A stretch of DNA of 63,980 nucleotides, filler included, from Octopus bimaculoides (taxonomy: Eukaryota): the NCBI RefSeq assembly GCF_001194135.2. It is 7 parts of 7 records of this genome, joined end to end, with 100 filler letters (N's around TTAATTAATTAA, not from the genome) between each part and the next. Parts side by side here need not be neighbours in the genome. Positions count along the whole stretch, not along the records: positions 1 to 14,115 come from NC_068997.1; 6 more parts are not named here. One strand, given 5' to 3'. This document shows, piece after piece, positions 1 through 9,377 of the stretch. Numbering within the stretch: position 1 is the stretch's first letter; each line of letters begins with the position of its first letter. The position numbers and the translations under genes are program-made. The notes beneath the pieces were generated by a model. The model saw nothing but the letters and a program-made list of their open reading frames with translations, was not told the DNA's origin and made no database searches.

Positions 1-109
1 CTATATATATATATTATCTATATTATTATATGATTGAACGCCACGCATCCATTTGCAAGTAAGTTTATATATATATATATATATATATATTATATTCGGC
101 TATAGCCTC

Positions 110-2251
110 ATCACCCGTATAATTAGCCAGGTGATACACGAAAGAGTCATACCCAATGACTGGTGTAGCAGCACCATAGTAAACTGCTACAAAGGTAAAG
201 GTGACGCTTTAGATACAAATAATTACAGAAGTATTAAGTTGCTGGATCAGGTCATGAAAGTCACGGAGAGGGTCATAGACCAACTAATTAAGGAGAGAGT
301 TAGTTTAGATGAGGTGCAGTTTGGGTTCCTGCCTGGGAAAAGCACCACTGATGCTATATTTCTGGTAAGACAGCTGCAGAAGAAACATCTAGCCAAAGAT
401 AAACCCAGTACCTGACCTTTGACAGGTTTCCCGATCCCTTATCTGGTAGTCAATGAGGAAACTAGGGATAGACGAATGGTTAGTGAGAGCTGTGCCAGCC
501 ATGTACGGGGACGTTGTCAGTAAGGTGAGGGTTGGCAACGAGTACAATGAAGAATTCCGGGTAGAGGTAGATGTCCACCAAGGTTCCGTCCTCAGCCCCC
601 TCCTATTTATCATAGTCCTCCAGGCAATAACAGAGGAATTCAAGACGGGATGCCCCTGGGAGCTCCTCTATGCTGATGACCTTGCACTAATTGCTGAGTC
701 ACTATCAGAACTAGAGGATAAGTTTCAGGTGAGGAAGCAAGGATTAGAATCGAAGAGCCTTAGAGTCAACCTAGCTAAAACCAAAGTCCTAATAAGTAGG
801 CAGGTAGACAAACCACAAACCCCTTCAGGTAGATGGCCCTGCTCGATCTGTAGAAAAGGCGTAGGTAGAAACTCTATAAGATGTACCCAGTGTAAGCTAT
901 GGACACATAAGAGATGCAGCAATATCAAAGGAAGGCTAACTAGGAAGATAGTTTTTGTATGTGGCAGATGCTCAGGAGCCATCAACACTGACAATGTGCT
1001 GAGAACAACTTCCGCCACATTCCAGGGAGAAAAACTAGAAGTAGTTGATAGCTTCCGTTACCTAGGTACCCAAGTCAGTAGCGGGGGAGAGTGCGCTGAA
1101 AGTGTAATTGCTAGAATAAGAATAGCCTGGGCAAAGTTCAGAGAGTTCCAACCTTTGCTGGTGTCAAAGGGCCTCTTGCTCAGAGTAAAAGACAGACTGT
1201 ATGACGCATGTGTACGAACAGCCATGCTACATGGCATTGAAACATGGGCCGTGACAGCTGAGGACATGCGTAAGCTCGCAAGAAATGAAGCCAGTATGCT
1301 CCGATGGATGTGTAATATCAGTGTGCATACTCGACAGAGTGTAAGTACCTTGAGAGAAGAGTTAGACCTAAGAAGCATCAGTTGTGGTGTGCAAGAGAGA
1401 CAATTGCGCTGGTATGGTCATGTAGCGAGAATGGACGAGGATAGCTGTGTGAAAAAGTGCCACACACTAGCGGTTGAGGAAACCCGTGGAAAAGGTAGAC
1501 CCAGGAAGACCTGAGATGAGGTGGTGAAGCACGACCTTCGTACATTAGGCCTCACCGAGGCAATTACTAGTGACCGAGACCTTTGGAAATATGCTGTGCG
1601 TGAGAAAACCCGGAAAACCAAGTGAGACCATAATCCGTGGCCTCTGCCAGTAGTGTAGCCAGCTCACTTATTAGTACTTTACTTCATTGGACACTAAACT
1701 CTGCTTGCGAAGACCTGTTGAGGCAAGTGAAATCGAAATCGAACCAAATTCGATCACTCCCATGCCAACCTTTCCTTCATTGGACACTAAACTCTGCTAG
1801 CGAAGACCTGTTGGGCCAAGTGAATTGAAATCGTAATCGAACCAAATTCGATGACTGGCACCCGTGCCATTGGAGCACTCACAGCACCGTCCAAGCGTGA
1901 TCATTGCCAGAGCAGCTATCTGGCTCCCGTGCCGGTGGCACGTTAATAGCACCATTTGAGCGTGATCGTCATTGCCAGTGCCGCAGGACTGGCTCCTGTG
2001 CAGGTGGCACGTAAAAAACACCATTTGAGCGTGGCCGTCGCCAGTACCGCCTGACTGGCCCTCGTGCCGGTGGCACGTAAAAGCGCCCACTACACTCTCG
2101 GAGTGGTTGGCGTTAAGAAGGGCATCCAACTGTAGAAACTCTGCCAGATCAGATTGGAGCCTGGTGCAGTCATCTGGTTCGCCAGTCCTCAGTCAAATCG
2201 TCCAACCCATGCTAGCATGGAAAGCGGACATTAAACGATGATGATGATGAT
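110..2251 (+). mobile_element. 5'-truncated RTE-clade LINE with 3' UTR and (GAT)n tail
   Basis: The ORFs at 53-415 and 453-1514 carry RT motifs (NYRSIKLL, QFGFLPGKSTTDAIF, VHQGSVLSPLLF, LLYADDL, FRYLG) and the RTE C-terminus (RQLRWYGHVARM, RGKGRPRKT). The element ends in ...catgctagcatggaaagcggacattaaac(gat)n at about 2238-2251. Confidence 0.9.
453..1514 (+). pseudogene. RTE reverse transcriptase C-terminal half containing a PHD (C4HC3) finger
   Basis: 353-aa ORF; YADD is followed by C-x2-C-x10-C-x2-C-x4-H-x2-C-x14-C-x2-C (840-972) before FRYLG. The upstream RT portion is separated by a stop and a small deletion near 415-453. Confidence 0.85.
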
Positions 2252-2894
2252 TATATATATTATATATTATATACACACACACACACACTCGTCCAATTAC
2301 AAGAAAAAAGAGCAGAAACAGAGAAGGTCGTCGAGGTAGGTGATTTTGTTTTATCTGAGCTGGGTGTAATTTGTTATATTGTAATTTTTTGTTAATAAAT
2401 TTCGCCCAGCTCTGGAACAATTTCGCCCTGCTCTGGAACAATTTCGCTTGCTCTTGGCGGCTGCTGTTTTTTTATATTGTGAATTCTTTGGATTCGTTTT
2501 AAAAATGGGGGCATATCCTCGCCCGAACGATTAGAACCTGTGACAGTTGCTGTTGCAGTTACCGTTGGCTGTAGCCAGTATTGTGTTTGGATTTATTGGA
2601 TTTATTTTACCAATTACTGGAAAAAAAAAGATTCACGCCAAGGACCCTATCCACATTCGGCCGGGAGTACCTGTTGGCCAGGAAATTGGATTTTTGCCGT
2701 ATGAATTGTTTTTCTTTCTCCGTCTATCTTTCCTGATTTTTTCTTTCGTTTTGAACTGTTTATTTATTTTTTGGACTTCTTTGTTTTATTTTTTTTTTTT
2801 ACTGTTTCTGTTAACTTTTTGTGTATCTTTTTTTGAACGTTTTTCTTTGACCTTTGAACTTTCTTTGAACTTTTAAGACTTTTTCTTTTTGCAC

Positions 2895-4154
2895 ATGGCA
2901 AAAATAAACGGTGCCGCTGCTTTGGAGTGGGAAGCGGTCCCACCCAAACAGTGGATTAAAGATCTTGAGAAGAGGACGGTGGTACTGTGGACCTATTCTA
3001 CGTCGCGTGGTGCTATTGCCCACTTCGACAAGAATGTGATTGAGAAAGAGTTGGCAGACTACCTGCCAACTATAAAATTTATTTCTCGGGGGACCAAATT
3101 TGCAACGGTCTGGTTGCTGTTTGGTACCCCCGAGAAAGCTGGCAAATTTGCCAGCGAGCCCCTTGAGGAGCAAGAAATTTTGTTCTTCCCCACATATTGT
3201 GGGAGGAGGATGATAAGAGCCTGGGTATGTGGGCTACCCCGAGCACAGAAGCGGGATGGATTGGTGATACCATCTGGCAGGGCCTGGGGAATAGCGAGCC
3301 TAGGCTCTTAAATGTGAGAATGACGCCGGCAGTCGATTGGAAAGGGTCAAAAATAATTTTGACACTATGGACCCCATCGGCCGCAGGTGAAATTGTATTC
3401 CCGGACTTCCTAAAAATGGTTGGCTGCAGGTATCCGGTGATACTTGAGGGTCACCTCCTCCCCGAGTGGCATTCGTCCCCGGAGCCAGGCCACATTAAGA
3501 AGGACTGCCCCCGGGGCCGTAACATGGCACAGAAAATTAAGGTGTCCACCGCACCCCATTGTGGTGGGGGTGACGGTTGAAATTGTGGTGGTAGTTGCCT
3601 CCACGAAAAGAAAAAAGGAAGGTGAGTAACAACAGTTGCTCACCAAAAATGGGCAAGTGGCACAGGAGGCGGGGGGACAGTGCCCCCCGTGCACGCCAAC
3701 GCAGGCTCCTGCTCCTGTAGCCTCTGAAAGAAAGAGGAAAAAGAGGAGCAGAAGACAGTCAGCGGATGTTACTGTGCCGCCGAGTGAACGGCCCGTGGTT
3801 CACTTCCCACCAGCGGAAAAGGCTCCGTCAGTGGGAAGTGTGCCACTGACGGAGCAGCTTGAGGCCTCTTCCTCTGAGGAAGAGGAGGAGGAAGAGGAGG
3901 AAGAGTTTGTCCTCCTTTATCACGAGGGAGGGCCTGTAGAAGAATTTTTGGACGGCCTGGGCGACCGAGACCGTATGCACTCGGCCTGCACATGCATTCC
4001 AATATGGCCTCCGCAGGTGGCTGCGGAGGTAATAGAGTATCAGGTTTTGTCAAGGGTCATGGCGACCTTTGACAAGAAAGAATTTGCCTACCTGTTCACG
4101 GGCCCCGACTTGTCGGTGCAGAGTTGTCTGCAGGCGGCAAGTCAACTTGTTTGA
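2895..4154 (+). pseudogene. Gag-like ORF1 of a Tx1/L1 element (RRM-like N-terminus, decayed zinc knuckle, acidic tract)
   Basis: Three consecutive ORF segments (2889-3311, 3197-3580, 3636-4154) are linked by frameshifts. They include EPGHIKKDCP (a GHxxxxC knuckle remnant), a basic RKRKKRSRR stretch and a poly-E tract. Confidence 0.65.
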
Positions 4155-4181
4155 GGGCTCCGATGAGGAGGACTAATTTGT

Positions 4182-4448
4182 TAAATTGTAAGAGGTTTGT
4201 AACCTCATATTTTGTAATTCACAAGATGAAGAACTTACAGACATTGAAAATTTTGAGGACTAAAGTTTTTATTGTAAGAGGTGTAAAAACCTCGTATAAA
4301 TTGTAAGAGGTTTGTAGCCTCNNNNNNNNNNTTCACAAGATGAAGAACTTACAGACATTGAAAATTTTGAGGACTAAAGTTTTTATTGTAAGAGGTGTAA
4401 AAACCTCGTATAAATTGTAAGAGGTTTGTAGCCTCATATTCTGTAATT
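4182..4448 (+). repeat. About 114-bp tandem repeat in the 3' UTR, spanning a 10-N gap
   Basis: taaattgtaagaggtttgta recurs at 4182, 4297 and 4411. The 10 Ns stand where the first unit has the 11-nt atattttgtaa. Confidence 0.8.
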
Positions 4449-5864
4449 TATAGGAGAGAACATTGTTTTAGGGAGACGAGGGGTCGGCGGGCGCCACTTG
4501 TCTCCCTCATTTTATCATTTAATTTTATTATCATTCATCTCATTAATGTACTAGTCTAGCCCGCAACTGCTTCTTCTGTGTAATGCCCTTGTGGCAAATC
4601 ATATGAAATAAAGGAGCTGGCTTCTCACGCATACGTATTATCAGTCGAAGCGCTGAAGGAGGTTAGGCCACGCTAAGTAGCGTAGCGAATGAAGACAAGC
4701 TCAACTGCAAGGTAAGACTTTTTGTATTTTGGGTCCAGTGGGGGTTTGTTTGTTTGTAATATTTTTGTACAAGCAAGGAGTCCCTACTGGATTCTGTACA
4801 CTGGTTTGCCTGCAGTTGGGTAGAATTTGTTCACTTTGAGTGAAAAGTTTTTTTTCGCTTAATTGTAAGATTTGTGTCTGAGGGCGTATCCCGCTTCGAA
4901 AGATTTGTTCACGTTAAGTGGATAGCTTTTTGTTCTCACTTTATTGTGAGAATTGTTGAGGCGTATTTCGCGTCCAAAATTTGTTCACCTTTAGTGGATA
5001 GTTATGTTTCAAAAATTGTGAACATTTAGAAGATACTACAGCTTCTTTTTACCAATTTTTGTGAAAGCTGTGTTCCAAGTTGTGGCGTTCCGGGTTCAAG
5101 TTGGAGTACCAAATAGGCCTGGATTACCGAGTGGCCAGAAAACTTTTGGCTGTTTTTTTTTTTTTTTTTTTTTTTTNNNNNNNNNNNNNNNNNNNNNNNN
5201 NNNNNNNNNNNNNNNNNNNNNNNNNNNNNNNNNNNNNNNNNNNNNNNNNNNNNNNNNNNNNNNNNNNNNNNNNNNNNNNNNNNNNNNNNNNNNNNNNNNN
5301 NNNNNNNNNNNNNNNNNNNNNNNNNNNNNNNNNNNNNNNNNNNNNNNNNNNNNNNNNNNNNNNNNNNNNNNNNNNNNNNNNNNNNNNNNNNNNNNNNNNN
5401 NNNNNNNNNNNNNNNNNNNNNNNNNNNNNNNNNNNNNNNNNNNNNNNNNNNNNNNNNNNNNNNNNNNNNNNNNNNNNNNNNNNNNNNNNNNNNNNNNNNN
5501 NNNNNNNNNNNNNNNNNNNNNNNNNNNNNNNNNNNNNNNNNNNNNNNNNNNNNNNNNNNNNNNNNNNNNNNNNNNNNNNNNNNNNNNNNNNNNNNNNNNN
5601 NNNNNNNNNNNNNNNNNNNNNNNNNNNNNNNNNNNNNNNNNNNNNNNNNNNNNNNNNNNNNNNNNNNNNNNNNNNNNNNNNNNNNNNNNNNNNNNNNNNN
5701 NNNNNNNNNNNNNNNNNNNNNNNNNNNNNNNNNNNNNNNNNNNNNNNNNNNNNNNNNNNNNNNNNNNNNNNNNNNNNNNNNNNNNNNNNNNNNNNNNNNN
5801 NNNNNNNNNNNNNNNNNNNNNNNNNNNNNNNNNNNNNCGTTGTCATTGGTGCCTGGAGCCTGGC

Positions 5865-6305
5865 CATAAAATTTCGAAGGGAATGAAAAATAAAAACATT
5901 TTCCATCTAGCACCTGGACCAATTGCTTCTGACTTATTTTAGTATCAAATCTATCGCTTGCGCGGTAGATTTGAAAAATTAGAATGTATAAGCATGGAGC
6001 ATATACGGGATTGCCTCTGGGTGTACCTGCTGAAGAAGACTTTGCCTGGCAAATTATTTTATTTGCTAAAATAAGTCAGAAGTCAATGGTCCAGGAGCTA
6101 GATGGCAAATGTTTTCATTTTTCATTTCCTTCGAAATTTTATCCCTAATAGTGGTTTGGAACTTAGCTGTTCTTTCTAGCGTGAGGGAATCCTATGATGG
6201 ATACCGCTTATGTGTTTAAATGTATAGTGTGCTTATATGAATAATATATAGTCTATGGACTAAATTTTTACACGCTAGGCCACTGGTAGTAGAAATTTCT
6301 AATAT
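5865..6305 (+). mobile_element. Retrozyme-like element, copy 2: partial permuted unit with a 5' inverted arm and degenerate hammerhead
   Basis: 5950-6305 is collinear with the reverse complement of 9378-9903 but runs across that copy's terminal junction. 5865-5941 is an inverted repeat of about 6067-6143. The HHR remnant is GTACCTG-CTGAAGA-A-GACTT...AAGTC-agaagtcaatg-GTC-CAGGAGC (6023-6098). Confidence 0.7.
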
Positions 6306-6352
6306 TTCTAATTATTCCTGATAATATTAATTTATTGAAAATTATACATATA

Positions 6353-6384
<32 letters not shown>

Positions 6385-6488
6385 CGGACGTGAGTCGTCT
6401 AAGAGACTATGACTCAGGGAAAAGGTAATTTAACACTGTAAATAGAGTGGGTACATTAACCGAGATGTATAATATTATATATCCATCA

Positions 6489-6582
6489 CGGCTGATCTTA
6501 CCAATCGGTTTCGCGCAAGAGGTACAATGGAGTATTAGGTAACAATCCGATTATATAACCTTACGCTCATCAGAGTTAGCCG
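6489..6582 (-). ncRNA. Type I hammerhead ribozyme in a Penelope pseudo-LTR
   Basis: The minus strand reads CGGCUAACU-CUGAUGA-GCGUAAG-(40 nt)-CUUGCGC-GAAAC-CGAUUG-GUA-AGAUCAGCCG. It has the full conserved core, a 7-bp stem II, stem III ACC/GGU and a stem I with an internal loop. Predicted cleavage is after 6499. Confidence 0.85.
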
Positions 6583-6964
6583 ACATGGAAGAGAACATGG
6601 CGACAGCTCTCTATTGTCGGAGGTGGATTAACAACCGATTATCGGTTATTGCGAAAAAGGTGGTGAAACGAAAATAGGTCAGGTAATTTAGTTAAGAGTT
6701 ATGTGTTTACGTTCCCGTTAACTAGCGGTTCGGCAAAAGAGAATAAATAATAGGCGTAAGAAATAAATTGATTTGCTCGACTAAAACCCTTCAAGGTGGT
6801 GTTCCCTCATACTAACAGATTCAACAAAATATTTAATAGACATTCACTATTATCCTTTAGCTGTGCACCTAGTGTAAAAAGATTTTAGTATGTAGGCCTA
6901 CACCCGATAGAATAAATATTAGGCTTAAGAAATAAGTTGATTTGTTCGACTAAAACCCTTCAAG

Positions 6965-7500
6965 TGGTGTTCCCCAGTACTAATAGATTCAACAAAATAT
7001 TTGATAGACATTCCTTGAGATTATCCTTTAGATGTGCATCTAGTGTAACAAAGAGTTTAGTAAGTAGGCCTACACACGAGGCAGAGGCAGGGTGCTCATG
7101 CAGGGGTAACACAACTTGTCCGCTGAGGCAGAGGTAACAGCCATAGGACCCAATGGACAACCGAGCGTGCAGAAGTATGTGGGGGCAACGGGAGGCCCCT
7201 TCAGAAACCGCTTTAACAACCACAAATCCTCCTTCAATATCTCAGAGAGACGTAACGCCACAACCCTAGCCAAGTACGTTTTGTCTTTGAAACAAAGTGC
7301 CACAGAGTAAAGTATAAAGTGAAAATATCTGGAGAAATGCAACCATACTTCAATTACAACAGGAAGTGCAGGTTATGCCTGACTGAGAAGAGATCAATTT
7401 TAAAGAGTAGTCAACGCCCGGATGTTTACCAGAATAGCAGGAGTGAGGTGTTTAATCCTTGCCCACATCAAAGGAAGTACATCCTATCGTATCTCCTCAA
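6965..7500 (+). pseudogene. Penelope ORF C-terminus with GIY-YIG endonuclease
   Basis: FPSTNRFNKIFDRHSLRLSFRC; CSCRGNTTCPL; KYVGATGGPFRNRFNNHKSSF; LAKYVLSLK; CRLCLTEK; NSRSEVFNPCPHQRKY. Contains stops and frameshifts. Confidence 0.85.
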
Positions 7501-8074
7501 CCATGACTGCAAGTACAGGTCCCGCCTCGAACTTCCACCAATGTCCTCGGGCCCAGCAAAGCGTTTGACCAAGTCACATATCAATGCACCCTTATACACA
7601 CACGCACACACCCATAAGGCGGCAACCCCACATATACAACCCTAATATATACAACTTCACACTCATTGTACCCTACACACACACATTTATATAGACATAC
7701 ACCCATTTATATATACACACATTTATATATATATACATACACCCCCGGAAAAAATTATGCATATGACACCACTACACATCTCGCACACCTCATTCCCACA
7801 GGAGAACTATACATATCATACACCCCTTCCCCACAGCAGTACCACACTTAATAATGCACACATTCCCCACTAACACTTGAAGATAAATCTTACCAGTCTC
7901 ACAGTATACCCAACCAAGGGACATAATTCTTAATCTAATCCCTGGTCCTTTTTCGTTTCACCAACTTTTTTCACAGCAGCCGCTGACCGGTTGTGTTAAT
8001 TGGATTAACACTTCCGACAATAGAGAGCAGTCACCATATTCCCTTCCATATCGGCTAACTCTGATGAGCGTAAG

Positions 8075-8285
8075 AATCCTGGATAGGCACCACATTGTCA
8101 AGCCCCAACTTCTGCTCCATCTAAGGTAACAGGGAGTTCTTCAGGGCGTCAGATACTCTTTTGTGCCGATCTTCAAACCAGACTCAATTAAGTGTGGCTG
8201 CATAACACTTCCATCATTCACTGCGGCTCCAACTACCATCACAGAGTCTATATACGGTGATCCAACACAACGAATGACTTCTTGC
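8075..8285 (-). mobile_element. Tc1/mariner transposase fragment
   Basis: The minus strand gives SVMVVGAAVNDGSVMQPHLIESGLKIGTKEYL/DALKNSLLP*MEQKLGLDNVVPIQD, matching the VMVWG...Y...L.P...QD catalytic region. Confidence 0.7.
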
Positions 8286-9105
8286 CCTCAAACACTTCCT
8301 ACACCTTCGACCCAACCCCTAACCTGACACATCCACAATTCTTTGTCTGGCCAAAATTGTTCTCTCCCTCAACTGCTTCTCGTTCGTGGGGGAGTTTTAC
8401 CAACAGGTCTCGCGAGTGGCCATTGGAACGAGAATGGGCCCCAACTATACGAACCTGTTCGTTGGCTACGCTGAAGCCCAAATATTTTCAAGATTCACTG
8501 GTCCCACTCCCGAACTATACGGTCTTTACATTGATGAGTGTATCGGTGCGACCTCACTCTCCCGCAAACACCTAGACTCCTTCCTCTCTTTTGTCCAATC
8601 CTTCCATCCTGCCCTCGAATTCTCCTGTACCATTTCCAATACTCCCGTTCCCTTTCTCAACATTTCCGGCAACATACACAATTCCATTCTTACTACTTCC
8701 ATCCACTACACTGACTATCCACTAGCACTGACCACTTCCCAGCACCCACACCATCATCTACACACCCACACTTTACAGACGCACACAACCACACGTCAAA
8801 GTCACCAGCCCCTATCCACACGCACACATTTACACACTCTCACATACACACACGCACGCACACTTTCGTTTTGGGACCACAAGTACTTTATTATCTTCCC
8901 TTCTTCCTAGCTCTCCTGTCTAACCACCTTTGTCCAACCAGTCGTCATGATTGGCCGCTAAATCCACAAGTTTTTTATTCTCTTTCTATTTTACATTTCT
9001 GTTGAAGAGTATAGGCTCGAAACGTAAAAGACGTTGTCACCTTCCCGAGCGTCAAACTAATACACCTGCATGTTGTTTATACACCAGTCTTCGTCTTCTG
9101 TTTTT
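8285..9105 (+). mobile_element. Penelope-like element B: RT fragment plus pseudo-LTR
   Basis: GEFYQQVSRVAIGTRMGPNYTNLFVG, LYIDECIG, SFHPALEFS, PFLNIS and TTSIHY are Penelope RT motifs. The terminal segment is homologous to 34835-35045. Confidence 0.8.
8995..9030 (+). ncRNA. Atypical minimal hammerhead-like motif (CUGUUGA core)
   Basis: uuu-CUGUUGA-A-GAG-UAUAGG-CUC-GAAAC-GUA-AAAG, with palindromic ACGU where stem III would be. A6 is replaced by U. Confidence 0.45.
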
Positions 9106-9162
9106 CNNNNNNNNNNNNNNNNNNNNNNNNNNNNNNNNNNNNNNNNNNNNNNNNNNNNNNNN

Positions 9163-9194
<32 letters not shown>

Positions 9195-9298
9195 TATATA
9201 TATATATGTATATATGCATATATATATGCACATATATATATACATATATATATGTATTGTGTATATATGCATCATATATACATTGTATATATATATAT

Positions 9299-9340
<42 letters not shown>

Positions 9341-9377
9341 ATAGATATATACATTATATGCAACATATAAAATTAGC

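Larger units (their letters stand above)
2290..4612 (+). mobile_element. L1/Tx1-like element with ORF1 only (HAL1-like or internally deleted)
   Basis: T-rich 5' UTR with 20-nt tandem repeats (ttcgccc.gctctggaacaat), then a frameshifted ORF1 at 2895-4154. A roughly 460-nt 3' UTR ends in gcccttgtggc...gaaataaa. No ORF2 is present. The 5' boundary is approximate. Confidence 0.6.
6385..8074 (+). mobile_element. Penelope-like element A: inverted pseudo-LTR, 5'-truncated ORF and 3' pseudo-LTR
   Basis: 6560-6683 (minus) matches 7942-8074 (plus). Between them lies a C-terminal Penelope ORF with a GIY-YIG domain. Confidence 0.8.

Noticed and set aside
5026-5942. Long ORFs dominated by X (also 11203-11794, 17815-18763, 29350-30125, 36341-37075, 38081-38371)
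   Set aside because: They are artefacts of N runs containing no stop codons.
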